Shown: positions 9,540 through 18,919, counted from the stretch's first letter. The stretch: DNA of 64,000 nucleotides from an uncultured Rickettsiales bacterium (GCA_964624555.1 CAZUXB010000004.1:5825-69824); one strand, 5' to 3'. The notes: generated by a model from the sequence alone, not told the origin. Translations and numbers: made by a program.

Positions 9540-9725
9540 ATGGTGAAAAAACCAGGAGAATCAACAGGAAATTGCGGGGGGATCTTTCAGGAGGTGGGGC
9601 CGCGTGGTGGGGTAAAGCCTAATTATGCGACAGTGGCCGACAATCATCGTCTGCCACCGACTCAAACAAGTGGCGGCGGCTGGAAACCTATTAAAGTTAC
9701 TCCTGATAGCTTTCGTAAATCCTAA
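9540..9725 (+). CDS. YjzC-like small protein (61 aa), first cistron of the Thoeris-containing operon
   Basis: AAGGA-type SD about 9 nt upstream. KKPGESTGNCGGIFQEVGPRGG...HRLPPTQTSGGGW follows the YjzC-family pattern as I remember it (PGE..G.Y.E.GPRGG....LPPT...G..W). Confidence 0.5.
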   Translation: MVKKPGESTGNCGGIFQEVGPRGGVKPNYATVADNHRLPPTQTSGGGWKPIKVTPDSFRKS

Positions 9726-9779
9726 CAACAACAGGCCGCAGAATTTTCTGATGGCTTACTAATTTGAGAAAGAAAGTAT

Positions 9780-10271
9780 ATGGCAAGAAAAGTATTTTTT
9801 AGCTTTCATTATGATCGCGATGTAAGGCGGGTTGTGCAGGTGCGCAATTCATGGGTTGTGCGTGGTGAGAAAGAGGCTCAACCATTCTTGGACAAAGCAG
9901 AATGGGAGTCGATTAAGCGTACGGGAGATAGAGCCGTGGAAAAATGGATCGAAGAGCAACTTAACGGCACATCTGTTACCGTAGTGCTTATCGGCGCAGA
10001 GACTTATGATCGTGAGTGGGTGAAGCACGAAATTAAGCGGAGTTACGAACTGAAAAAAGGTATAATCGGTATTTATATCCATAACATTAAAGACCCACAA
10101 AAGGGAACAGATACAAAGGGTAGGAACCCCCTAGACCATTGGCACATCACCAGTAATGGCCAAAAGCAAATGTTTACTAGTCTTTATAAAACTTATGATT
10201 GGGTTGCTGATAATGGCTATCAAAACTTCTCGGCGTGGGTTGAGACTGCTGCTAAAGCTGCAGGAAGGTAG
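9780..10271 (+). CDS. thsB: Thoeris ThsB, TIR-like (DUF1863-type) protein
   Basis: MARKVFFSFHYDRDVRRVVQVRNSWVV, VVLIGAETYDREWVKHEIKRS (WVxxE catalytic-Glu context) and YKTYDWVADNGYQNFSAWV closely follow the Bacillus cereus ThsB pattern as I remember it. Confidence 0.85.
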   Translation: MARKVFFSFHYDRDVRRVVQVRNSWVVRGEKEAQPFLDKAEWESIKRTGDRAVEKWIEEQLNGTSVTVVLIGAETYDREWVKHEIKRSYELKKGIIGIYIHNIKDPQKGTDTKGRNPLDHWHITSNGQKQMFTSLYKTYDWVADNGYQNFSAWVETAAKAAGR

Positions 10272-10276
10272 TAAAT

Positions 10277-10783
10277 ATGCCGATATCACTTCACACTCTG
10301 CGTTCAACTGGAAGCGTTCTCCAAAAGGCTCATAATATCTCAGAGGCGCGTACACTTGGAGCGCAAACTGCTTTCCTGTGTCATAGCCACAAGGATAAAG
10401 ACTTAGTGCAAGGCGCGGTCGCCCAACTCCATAAAGCTGGATGGAACGTATACGTAGATTGGGCAGACGCGGCGATGCCGGAAACGCCCAATCGGGAAAC
10501 AGCAGCTAAAATTAAGGATAAGATCGTTGAACTGACATTCTTTCTATTCTTAGCTACCCCTAATTCGATGAATTCAAAATGGTGTCCGTGGGAATTAGGT
10601 TATGCCGATGGGAAAAAGGACATTGAAAAAATTCTCGTAATTCCTACCAGTGATAATGGCTCCACTTATGGCAGCGAATATCTTCAATTATACCGGCGCG
10701 TTGATGTTGGTGGTTCCGGCTTATTAGAAGTATTTTCACCAGGATATCAGCATCACAGCACTTCATTCAGAAATTTATATTAG
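10277..10783 (+). CDS. thsB: Second, different TIR-domain protein (ThsB-like)
   Basis: Starts 5 nt after thsB. AFLCHSHKDKDLV...GWNVYVDW...FLFLATPNSMNSKWCPWELGYADG fits the canonical bacterial TIR layout (SHxxxD start, conserved Glu in WELG). Confidence 0.8.
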   Translation: MPISLHTLRSTGSVLQKAHNISEARTLGAQTAFLCHSHKDKDLVQGAVAQLHKAGWNVYVDWADAAMPETPNRETAAKIKDKIVELTFFLFLATPNSMNSKWCPWELGYADGKKDIEKILVIPTSDNGSTYGSEYLQLYRRVDVGGSGLLEVFSPGYQHHSTSFRNLY

Positions 10784-10791
10784 AGGTTGGA

Positions 10792-12225
10792 ATGAACAGG
10801 GAAATAGAAGCTTTTATCAATGATTTTGTGAACGATCTGGCTGCAAACAATGCAGCGATTTTCGCAGGCGCCGGCATGTCAAAGAATACAGGGTATGTAG
10901 ATTGGTCAGGTTTACTTGATGATATCGCAACACGTCTGGGTTTGCAGATCGATAAAGAGAATGATCTCGTATCTCTAGCTCAGTATCACGTAAATGAAAG
11001 TGGGCGCGCTTTATTAAATAAAAAAATTATAGAAGAATTTGTTGAAGATAATGATATTACTGAAAATCATCGTATCTTAGCTAGGTTGCCTATTTCGACT
11101 TATTGGACGACGAATTATGACCGTTTAATCGAAAATGCCCTAAAAGAAGCGAACAAAAGAGCGGATGTAAAATTTGCTGTTGAGCAAATTTTTAATACAC
11201 ATCCTAGACGTGATGCAGTTGTATATAAAATGCATGGCGATGCGACTTTACCTGCGCAGGCTATTTTGACCAAAGAAGATTACGAACGATATCATGTAAC
11301 TCATGAAGCATTTATCAATGCTCTTACTGGCGACCTCACTACTAAAACTTTTCTTTTTATTGGATTTAGTTTTGCTGACCCAAATCTCGATTATGTCTTA
11401 AGTCGCATAAACGTAAGACATCGTGAGTATAAACGCGATCACTACTGCTTTATTAGGCGTCCAAAGTTAGGAGAAAAGGAAAGCGAAAGCAGAGCAGATT
11501 TCGATTATAATAGTAGGAAACTGCAACTAAGATTAGGAGAGCTAAAGCGTTACGGAATTCAGCCTCTTCTAATCGATGAGTACCATGAAATCAGAGAAGT
11601 TCTCGAAGAAATAGAAAATCGCTTTAGAAAACGCACTGTGTTTATTTCTGGCAGTGCAGAAGAATATGGCGATTGGAATCGTAATGAAGCTCAACAATTC
11701 GTTCACAAACTAAGCAAAGCACTAATTATTCAAGGCTATCGCATAGTAAATGGATTTGGCTGGGGAATTGGCAGTGCCGTAATCAACGGTGCGCTTGATG
11801 CAGTATATGAAAGGCCCGATAAATACAGCGAAGATCAGCTTATTATGAAACCATTTCCCCAGTTCCAAACGGGGGATAAAGCACTTCCTGATTTGTGGGA
11901 AGAATATCGTCAAAGAATGATCGGGCTGGCTGGTATTTCAATCATTATATTTGGAAATAAGTTAGACAAGGGAACGATTGTAAATGCAAACGGCGTTAGG
12001 CGTGAGTTCGAAATTGCTAGGCAACATGATTTGGTGCCGATACCGATACCAATAACTGGATATATGGCTAAAGAAATCTTTGATGAGATTTCACAAGACT
12101 TCGATTCCTTATACACCGAGAACAAAAAAATAATACCTTTGGTAAAGGGACTTTCTTCGCTTGCTCACAACGATGTAGATAAAATCGTTCATAAAATAAT
12201 AGAGATACTAAAAAAGGTGAACTAG
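10792..12225 (+). CDS. thsA: Thoeris ThsA: N-terminal SIR2 NADase + C-terminal SLOG signal-binding domain
   Basis: 477 aa. IFAGAGMS (NAD-binding GAG), WTTNYDRLIE (catalytic Asn) and VYKMHGDATLP (catalytic His). C-terminal VFISGSAEEYG...GFGWGIGSAVINGAL...IIIFGNK...REFEIA is SLOG-like. GAGG SD 8 nt upstream. Confidence 0.9.
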   Translation: MNREIEAFINDFVNDLAANNAAIFAGAGMSKNTGYVDWSGLLDDIATRLGLQIDKENDLVSLAQYHVNESGRALLNKKIIEEFVEDNDITENHRILARLPISTYWTTNYDRLIENALKEANKRADVKFAVEQIFNTHPRRDAVVYKMHGDATLPAQAILTKEDYERYHVTHEAFINALTGDLTTKTFLFIGFSFADPNLDYVLSRINVRHREYKRDHYCFIRRPKLGEKESESRADFDYNSRKLQLRLGELKRYGIQPLLIDEYHEIREVLEEIENRFRKRTVFISGSAEEYGDWNRNEAQQFVHKLSKALIIQGYRIVNGFGWGIGSAVINGALDAVYERPDKYSEDQLIMKPFPQFQTGDKALPDLWEEYRQRMIGLAGISIIIFGNKLDKGTIVNANGVRREFEIARQHDLVPIPIPITGYMAKEIFDEISQDFDSLYTENKKIIPLVKGLSSLAHNDVDKIVHKIIEILKKVN

Positions 12226-12237
12226 GAGCAGGTCGCT

Positions 12238-13050
12238 ATGAAATTTGCGCTGGTAAACGGATATAAAACTGAACCTCAGCCAAAGCTGCATGGTATCTGC
12301 GCACATTGCCATAGTGAAACAGTTTCGAAATGCGGAGATGCAAAGGTTTGGCATTGGGCGCATAAAAACAAGCTCTCATGTGATATATGGTGGGAGAACG
12401 AAACGGAGTGGCATAGGGTGTGGAAAAATCATTTCCCTACAGAATGGCAGGAAATTAGCCATTCTGATCCTTTAACCGGCGAAAAACATATAGCGGATAT
12501 TAAAACAGAAAATGGACTGGTAATAGAGTTCCAGCATTCTGCAATCCAACCCACCGAGATGAAAAGCCGTGAGGCTTTCTATAAAAATATGATATGGGTT
12601 GTTGATGGGACACGTCTAAAGAGAGACTACCCACGCTTCCACAAAGGGCTTAGGAATCTGGGGCTGGTAAAACAAGGGGTTTTCCTTTCGCCTTTCCCTG
12701 AAGAAAGTTTTCCAGCAAGCTGGCTTACAAGCTCGGTACCAGTTTATTTTGATTTTCAAGGCATGAATCCTATTGATGAATCAGATTGGAGCCAACCGCT
12801 TCTTTGGGGGATATTTCCAAATCGTGTAGAAGGGCGTGTTATAGTTGCTGCGTTCTTACGCAAGGAGTTTATCGAATCTCCTCACTTACTTTTGGGGCAT
12901 GAGGTCTTTAATATGATTTCAGAGTATATTCAGGAGCAGCGTGAAAAAACAACAGTTAACGTCCAAAAACAATCTCTGCAATTACCTCGCCAACAGCATA
13001 TGGTAATACCCATGCGAATGAGAAGGCCAAGAAGATATAGGCGTTTCTAA
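12238..13050 (+). CDS. CoiA-like (competence protein CoiA family) putative nuclease, last cistron of the operon
   Basis: Starts 12 nt after thsA with an AGGAG SD. Zn-ribbon-like CAHCHS...KCGD...WHWAHK, then GEKHIADIKTENGLVIEFQHSAI matching the CoiA core (D-x-...-E-F/Y-Q-x-S). Basic tail RMRRPRRYRRF. Confidence 0.7.
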   Translation: MKFALVNGYKTEPQPKLHGICAHCHSETVSKCGDAKVWHWAHKNKLSCDIWWENETEWHRVWKNHFPTEWQEISHSDPLTGEKHIADIKTENGLVIEFQHSAIQPTEMKSREAFYKNMIWVVDGTRLKRDYPRFHKGLRNLGLVKQGVFLSPFPEESFPASWLTSSVPVYFDFQGMNPIDESDWSQPLLWGIFPNRVEGRVIVAAFLRKEFIESPHLLLGHEVFNMISEYIQEQREKTTVNVQKQSLQLPRQQHMVIPMRMRRPRRYRRF

Positions 13051-13240
13051 GGAGCCAAAAATTTTTAAAAATTCCTAGGCAGGCTTAAAAAGTTCCGGGG
13101 GGTATTTAGGGCAGGGGTATTTTTAAGTTTTCTTAATGAAGTGATGGAGAGGATAGGCCGATAATAGGCATGATGGTATCCCCACGGTATCCCCGAAGAT
13201 TAGGTGTGGAAAACGACTATCCATAACTCGTTGAAATAAA

Positions 13241-13317
<77 letters not shown>

Positions 13318-13325
13318 ACAAGAGA

Positions 13326-13408
13326 GATGATAAGATTACTAGATGACAATATGATAAGAAAGTACTAGATAATCTCTAGTCATCTCGTTATCTCGTAATC
13401 TAGTCATC
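13326..13408. repeat. Tandem-octamer hairpin (GATGAnnA / TAGTCATC vocabulary)
   Basis: Left arm 13326-13357 is gatgataa gattacta gatgacaa tatgataa. Right arm 13377-13408 is tagtcatc tcgttatc tcgtaatc tagtcatc. About 24/32 complementary by hand alignment. Lies between tRNA-Pro and dapA. Confidence 0.7.
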
Positions 13409-13461
13409 GGAAAAATGAGTCCTCCTTCTTAACCTCCAACTGCAAACTGTCAACTAAAATT

Positions 13462-14352
13462 ATGTTCAAAGGTGTATATACTGCATTAATTACCCCATTT
13501 ACGGCCTCCGGGGCTGTGGATGAGGGGGCTTTCCAGAAATTTGTCGAATGGCAGATAGACCAGGGGATCCACGGACTTGTGCCCTGCGGAACCACCGGGG
13601 AATCGCCGACCTTAAGCCATGAGGAGCATAACCGGGTCATCGACCTGTGTGTTGAAGTTGCCCAAAATAATAAAAAGGGGGGGCGGGTGCCAGTCATGGC
13701 CGGGACTGGCTCAAATTCTACCGAAGAAGCGATTATGACCACCCGCTACGCTAAAAAAGCCGGGGCGGATAGTGTTCTTATTGCGGCGCCGTATTATAAT
13801 AAGCCGACACAGGAAGGGCTTTACCAGCATTATAAAGCGATCAATGACGCTGTCGATATACCAATTATATTATATAATGTTCCGGGGCGGAGTGTGGTCA
13901 ATATCAGTGATGATACCATTGCCCGCCTGGCCGAACTTCCCAACATAGTTGGCCTCAAAGATGCTACTGGCGATCTGGCGCGTCCTTATACTTTGCGCAG
14001 GAAACTGAAAAAACCTTTCCAGCTGTTTTCCGGCGAGGATATGACTGCGGTCGCTTTTAATGTTTCCGGTGGGCATGGGTGCATTTCCGTTGCCTCGAAT
14101 ATCGTGCCGAAATTATGTGTGCAGGTTCAGGAAGCATGCCGCGCGAATGATTATGTCAGTGCGCTGACTTTACAAGACAAGCTTGTTGAACTAAATGCTG
14201 TTTTATTTTGTGAGACGAGTCCTGCGCCAGTTAAATATGCTGCTTCACTTATTGGTAAATCTTTACCAAATCTTCGTTTACCTTTAGTCGGAGTTTCGGA
14301 GTCGTCTCAAATAGAGATTAAAAAAGCATTAAGCAATTTGCACTTGCTATAA
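13462..14352 (+). CDS. dapA: 4-hydroxy-tetrahydrodipicolinate synthase
   Basis: ALITPF, GLVPCGTTGESPTLS, GTGSNST, YYNKP and the GLKDATGD active-site Lys context. Confidence 0.95.
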   Translation: MFKGVYTALITPFTASGAVDEGAFQKFVEWQIDQGIHGLVPCGTTGESPTLSHEEHNRVIDLCVEVAQNNKKGGRVPVMAGTGSNSTEEAIMTTRYAKKAGADSVLIAAPYYNKPTQEGLYQHYKAINDAVDIPIILYNVPGRSVVNISDDTIARLAELPNIVGLKDATGDLARPYTLRRKLKKPFQLFSGEDMTAVAFNVSGGHGCISVASNIVPKLCVQVQEACRANDYVSALTLQDKLVELNAVLFCETSPAPVKYAASLIGKSLPNLRLPLVGVSESSQIEIKKALSNLHLL

Positions 14353-14395
14353 AGTTTTTTTTCCTATTTATTAGTAAAATTATTGGAACGATTCC

Positions 14396-14881
14396 ATGTC
14401 AGAAAAAAATAATGCAACTGGGAAAACTACCAGCGGCAATATTGCACAAAACCGCAAGGCCCGTTTTGAATATTCCGTTGAGGAAGAATTTGAGGCAGGC
14501 ATTGTACTTACCGGCACTGAAGTGAAGTCGCTGCGCGCGAATAAGGTTCAGATAAATGATGCCTATGCCGGTGAAAAAGACGGGGCGATTTGGCTGTTTA
14601 ACGCCTATATCGCGGAGTACGCTGGCGGGAATCGTAACAATCATGAAACTAACCGTCCGCGTAAATTGCTGCTGCATAAAAAACAAATACGCAAATTGCT
14701 AGGAAGGTTGAAAGTTAAAGGGGTGACGCTGGTGCCGCTGTCGCTCTACTTTAATAGCCGCGGTCTGGCGAAAATTAAACTGGCACTGGCAATGGGTAAA
14801 AAACAGTACGAAAAACGCGATACAATAAAGCAACGGGACTGGCAGCGTGACAAAGCCAGGATCATGCGCCAAAAAAACTGA
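14396..14881 (+). CDS. smpB: SsrA-binding protein
   Basis: [32 protein letters not shown] and a basic C-terminal tail; 161 aa. Confidence 0.95.
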   Translation: MSEKNNATGKTTSGNIAQNRKARFEYSVEEEFEAGIVLTGTEVKSLRANKVQINDAYAGEKDGAIWLFNAYIAEYAGGNRNNHETNRPRKLLLHKKQIRKLLGRLKVKGVTLVPLSLYFNSRGLAKIKLALAMGKKQYEKRDTIKQRDWQRDKARIMRQKN

Positions 14882-14913
14882 TAAATTAAAACGGGTAAAG
14901 CAGGTAAAAAAAT

Positions 14914-16326
14914 ATGTTGGAAGCAATTACAGATTTCTGGAAACCAGTAAAAAAAGTTTCGCCACCAAAAATAAAACTGATTGATATGCAGATAGGTACT
15001 GTGGTCAGTTTTGGCTTTGTTCCACAGTCGGTGCTGAGTGGGCGGAAGCTGACTGTTACCGCTATTAATAGTTATCAATTCGGTAAGGATGTACTCACAT
15101 CTTTTGTTCTTGGCAGTGAAAAAGGCGAAGAAGTTTCCATGATTATCGCCGAGGCACAGGGTGAGCAATATCTCGCCATCTCCAGACGCATTGCGATTAA
15201 AGACCGGGAGAAACTATTTGATGCTGGTTCTATTGAAATTATAACCGGCAAGAATGAAGCCGGACAGTTTACCTGCAAGGATAACATACCGGAATTGAAA
15301 GGCTGGCTGGTCAGCAACTATAAGCGTGAAATCCAGGGGATGCGCGGCTATATTCATCATGCTGATTTCAGGGATGGCAGCGAAGTGCCGCAATCGGGCA
15401 AGGAGTTCCAGTATACACTTCTTGGCAGCAGCAGTAATGAGCATGCCATAGAAATAGAATCATACCAGGATGGGCATGTTGATGTATATGCGACCGTCTA
15501 CCGCCGCACCAGCGATATCAACGAAGTTATCCATCAGGCAGTGGCGCGGGAAGATGTTAAATTGACACTAGTTAACGAGCCTGAAAAACCGGATGAAAAA
15601 TCTGCCGCAGAGCCTGTGGCAGTAAAAGATGTGGCAGCACCGGCAGTTGTGGAAACGCCAAAAGCAGAACCTGCCAAGCTGGAAATAGTAAAAGAAGAAG
15701 CTAAAGCTGAGCCGCCAAAATTAGAGTCGGTAAAACTGGAGTTGCTGGCCCTGCCTGAACTAATAATAACTCCGCTGGCACCGGAGATAAAAAAATCAGA
15801 AACAACCCCTGAAGCTGTAAAATCTGAACCGAAGCCTGCTTTGGTAAAGGCTGACAAAGAAACTGCCAAAGAAAATAATATTACAAAAAATAACAACGAG
15901 GAGAAGAAAATTATGTCAACTGCAACTAACGAAAATAAACCGATAAACGGTACCTCTGGTTCAGACCTGAAGCCAGTTCCGAGTTTCGGAAGCATAAATA
16001 AAGATTTTATACAGGAGATCAAACCCGTGACAAAAACAACAAATGGTATGGAGAATGATTCTCTGGAATGCGATCTGCGTATAGCCAACCAGATCATTGA
16101 CGAAGCCATCCGCAATGAAATGCGCCTGTCCGATGTGGTGCGCCGTATCATAGAACTTCCGGTAGCACATCAGGAAGCGGTGCAGATTCCTATCAACCTT
16201 GCTGATGAAGATTATTCACTGCTTGCTATCCGCTATGGCATCCCGGCCTCTGACCGCCATGCCATAAAGCTGCGCATCATCCAGGACCTTGGTGATTTCT
16301 CCGGTTCCAAGAAGAAGGTGAATTAG
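14914..16326 (+). CDS. Hypothetical protein (470 aa) with a Lys/Glu/Pro-rich repetitive linker; N-terminal part possibly DUF4178-like
   Basis: Long ORF. Central KAEPAKLEIVKEEAKAEPPKLESVKLE repeats. The family assignment is only a weak impression. Confidence 0.6.
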   Translation: MLEAITDFWKPVKKVSPPKIKLIDMQIGTVVSFGFVPQSVLSGRKLTVTAINSYQFGKDVLTSFVLGSEKGEEVSMIIAEAQGEQYLAISRRIAIKDREKLFDAGSIEIITGKNEAGQFTCKDNIPELKGWLVSNYKREIQGMRGYIHHADFRDGSEVPQSGKEFQYTLLGSSSNEHAIEIESYQDGHVDVYATVYRRTSDINEVIHQAVAREDVKLTLVNEPEKPDEKSAAEPVAVKDVAAPAVVETPKAEPAKLEIVKEEAKAEPPKLESVKLELLALPELIITPLAPEIKKSETTPEAVKSEPKPALVKADKETAKENNITKNNNEEKKIMSTATNENKPINGTSGSDLKPVPSFGSINKDFIQEIKPVTKTTNGMENDSLECDLRIANQIIDEAIRNEMRLSDVVRRIIELPVAHQEAVQIPINLADEDYSLLAIRYGIPASDRHAIKLRIIQDLGDFSGSKKKVN

Positions 16327-16334
16327 TAAAAACC

Positions 16335-16415
16335 CCTCTCTAACTCTCCCCACTACGTGGAGAGAGGACTTATTCTTTATTCCCTCTCCCGCTTGCGGGG
16401 GAGGGTTAGGGAGGT
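16335..16415. repeat. Variant or partial copy of the Pro/Gly-coding palindromic element, between convergent genes
   Basis: Two hairpins: cctctctaactctcccc-acta-cgtggagagagg and ttccctctcccgc-ttgc-gggggagggttagggagg. They fill the gap between the stops at 16326 and 16418. Confidence 0.6.
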
Positions 16416-16417
16416 GG

Positions 16418-17893
16418 TTACAGCGTATTCAGCTTCTCACGTTTGCGTTTAGGTGAAGAAGCTATACCAAGAGCTTCCCGGTATTTGGCGACTGTACGCC
16501 GTGCCACGTTGATGTTGCGTTCCTTGAGCAGGTCAACGATATCATCATCCATAAGTATTTTATCAGGTGTTTCTTTTGCGATCATTTCGCCAATGAAATG
16601 TTTTACCGTCTGGCTGGAAAAACTATCGCCGCTGCCGATAGCTCTGGCCAGCGCCGAAGTGAAGAAATATTTCAGCTCGAAGGTGCCGCGCGGGCAGATC
16701 AGGAATTTGCCATTGGTAACGCGTGATATGGTGCTTTCGTGATATCCGGTAGCTGCCGCAATGTCCTTAAGCGTCATCGGTTTCATATAGCGCACACCTA
16801 AGCGGAAGAACGCGTCCTGCTGCTTGACCAGTTCGCTGGCGACCTTGAGCATGGTCTGGGCGCGTTGCTCCAGCGCCCGCACCAGCCAGTTGGCAGAACC
16901 AAACTGTTCACTTAAATAATCCTTGTCTTTTTTATTACGGGTTTCGGCGCTGACTTTTTTGTAGAAGCGTTTATTGACCATTATTTTCGGAAAATTATTC
17001 ATGTTGAGTTCGATATGCCAGTTACCATCAGGCAGGCGGCGCACGAAAATATCCGGCTCCAGAGTCTGCGAAGTTTCATGAACAAAGCCGCCGCCCGGTT
17101 TGGGGTTGAGCTCACGTATCTCGGCTACCATCTGGCGCAGGTCATCCTTATCCACGCCGCACTTTTTTTGCAGCTCGTCAAAACGGCTTTCGGCCAGCAG
17201 GTGCAGATGCTCAAGAAGTTTCTGCATCGCCGGGTCAAGGCGGTTCTTGTCTTTAAGCTGCAAGGACAGGCACTCGGTAAGGTTGCGGGCACAGATTCCA
17301 ACCGGGTCAAAATTCTGCAATGCGGCGAGTGTTTCTTCGATCTCTACCATCTCCACGCCGAACATTTCGGGCAGGGGGCTTAGGTCTTCTTTTATGTAGC
17401 CGGCATCATCGACAAGGTCGATAAGATGCGCGCCAATAAGCAGTTTCGCCGGGTCATGAACATCCATATGCAGCTGGCTTAAAAGATGCTCGCGCAGGGA
17501 AATTCCCTGTGAAGGGTTATCGTCGATGCTGCGTGTATCATCTTCGGCATCATAAGCGGAAGTGCCGCCGCTACTGCTGCTTTCACGCAAATAGTCGCGC
17601 TCGATATTTTCGCTGTCGTCCCAGTTTTCGGAAGAATTTTCGTCAGAAAAATTATCGTCGCTGTTAAAGTCAGCTTCGCGCGGTTCGTCACTTTCCTTGG
17701 GTTTGGCAGATTCCGCGTTATCTTCGCCGGATTCAAGTTCTTCCTGCGAGAGAAACGGATTTTCTTCCAGTGCTTGTTCAACGAATTCGCGTAGTTCAAG
17801 GGAGTTGCATTGCAACAGCTTTATCGATTGCTGTAATGCCTGCGTCATCACCAGTGACTGGCCTTGGCGGAGTTCTAACCTTGGAGCGTTCAT
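16418..17893 (-). CDS. rpoN: RNA polymerase sigma-54 factor
   Basis: N-terminal LELRQGQSLVMTQALQQSIKLLQ, acidic region II and C-terminal RpoN box ARRTVAKYREALGI. Confidence 0.95.
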   Translation of the reverse strand: MNAPRLELRQGQSLVMTQALQQSIKLLQCNSLELREFVEQALEENPFLSQEELESGEDNAESAKPKESDEPREADFNSDDNFSDENSSENWDDSENIERDYLRESSSSGGTSAYDAEDDTRSIDDNPSQGISLREHLLSQLHMDVHDPAKLLIGAHLIDLVDDAGYIKEDLSPLPEMFGVEMVEIEETLAALQNFDPVGICARNLTECLSLQLKDKNRLDPAMQKLLEHLHLLAESRFDELQKKCGVDKDDLRQMVAEIRELNPKPGGGFVHETSQTLEPDIFVRRLPDGNWHIELNMNNFPKIMVNKRFYKKVSAETRNKKDKDYLSEQFGSANWLVRALEQRAQTMLKVASELVKQQDAFFRLGVRYMKPMTLKDIAAATGYHESTISRVTNGKFLICPRGTFELKYFFTSALARAIGSGDSFSSQTVKHFIGEMIAKETPDKILMDDDIVDLLKERNINVARRTVAKYREALGIASSPKRKREKLNTL

Positions 17894-17956
17894 GATAAAT
17901 TTTTCAAATTTTTTTCTAATTTATTTTGCAGCATATTATATGCTTACACACTCCAG

Positions 17957-18619
17957 CTACAAGCTAAATCCTTCCCGTTTTGAAGAGATAACTACCAGAA
18001 GCATCAGCGCCACGCCGGGGACAAGGCTGGCCTGAAGGCTCATCTGCGAGGCGAGCAGGCCGCCAAGTGCACAGCCAATGGAGAAGGCAATAATCATAAG
18101 CCCGGTAAATGGTTTTGGCGCACCTGGCTTGGTTTCCGGTTTCGGTAACCTGAAGATACCTTCTGTGTGTGATGCCGCCCAGTTCATTACAGTTCCGGTC
18201 ATGACCGTGGTCATGGGGCCGGGGAGGTAGCGGTGCAGCGAATTCTGCAAGCCCATTCCGCCAACCAGTATCAATCCGAGATATGAGTTAGACAAGCCGG
18301 GCATGGTATATGATAAAATACCAGCAATCAGGAATAACCAGGCCTGGAATAGCAGAACCAGTTTAGCTTCAGCCATGCGCCATTGCTGTTTGCTGCTGAT
18401 GCCAAATATCATAACACCTATACCTACAAACAGAACAAATATAGGGAAGGAAATAAGTTTGATGTAATCTTTTTCTTCAACACCATGCGCGAGGCTGGCA
18501 CCGAATACCACAAAATTGCCGGTTACATGCGCGGCAAAAAGCGAGCCGGAACATATGAACGAGATCGTGTCTATGTATCCGGCGATAGCTGTAAGTAACA
18601 ATATGGTGGATTTCTTCAT
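17957..18619 (-). CDS. YoaK/DUF1275-family membrane protein
   Basis: LLLTAIAGYIDTISFICSGSLFAAHVTGNFVVFG and multiple transmembrane segments. Confidence 0.75.
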   Translation of the reverse strand: MKKSTILLLTAIAGYIDTISFICSGSLFAAHVTGNFVVFGASLAHGVEEKDYIKLISFPIFVLFVGIGVMIFGISSKQQWRMAEAKLVLLFQAWLFLIAGILSYTMPGLSNSYLGLILVGGMGLQNSLHRYLPGPMTTVMTGTVMNWAASHTEGIFRLPKPETKPGAPKPFTGLMIIAFSIGCALGGLLASQMSLQASLVPGVALMLLVVISSKREGFSL

Positions 18620-18669
18620 ACGGTTTCACAGAATAATCCAAAATAAAAATAATAAAACATATAGTTGTT

Positions 18670-18699
18670 ACAAATAAGAAATTTACATTTCTTATTTGT
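18670..18699. promoter_or_regulatory. Perfect 13-bp-stem palindrome in a divergent intergenic region
   Basis: acaaataagaaat-ttac-atttcttatttgt. Confidence 0.5.
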
Positions 18700-18768
18700 A
18701 GATACGCCCGCTACGCGGCGGAACCAAAGGTCGGCGAAGCCAATATCGGACTTTCGGTCTCGATTTTC

Positions 18769-18805
18769 ATAATCGTTGCGTATAATTATTATACGCAACG
18801 ATTAT
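18769..18805. promoter_or_regulatory. Perfect 37-nt palindrome (18-bp arms) in a divergent intergenic region
   Basis: ataatcgttgcgtataat-t-attatacgcaacgattat, about 115 nt upstream of the 655-aa ORF. Confidence 0.5.
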
Positions 18806-18919
18806 AAATATATCATTATCAGATGGATAAGGCTTTTATAGGAGTCGTAACAAAAACTTAACATGACCGTGCCTCTTTAATAATGTTAATCTATTAACTA
18901 TTAGGGAAAATGAGATTTT

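Noticed and set aside
13051-13240. Short direct repeats (ggtatcccc x2, ggggtattt x2) between the CoiA-like gene and tRNA-Pro; possible att or integrase remnant
   Set aside because: They are too short and have no similarity to the tRNA or to the left island border. I cannot distinguish them from chance.
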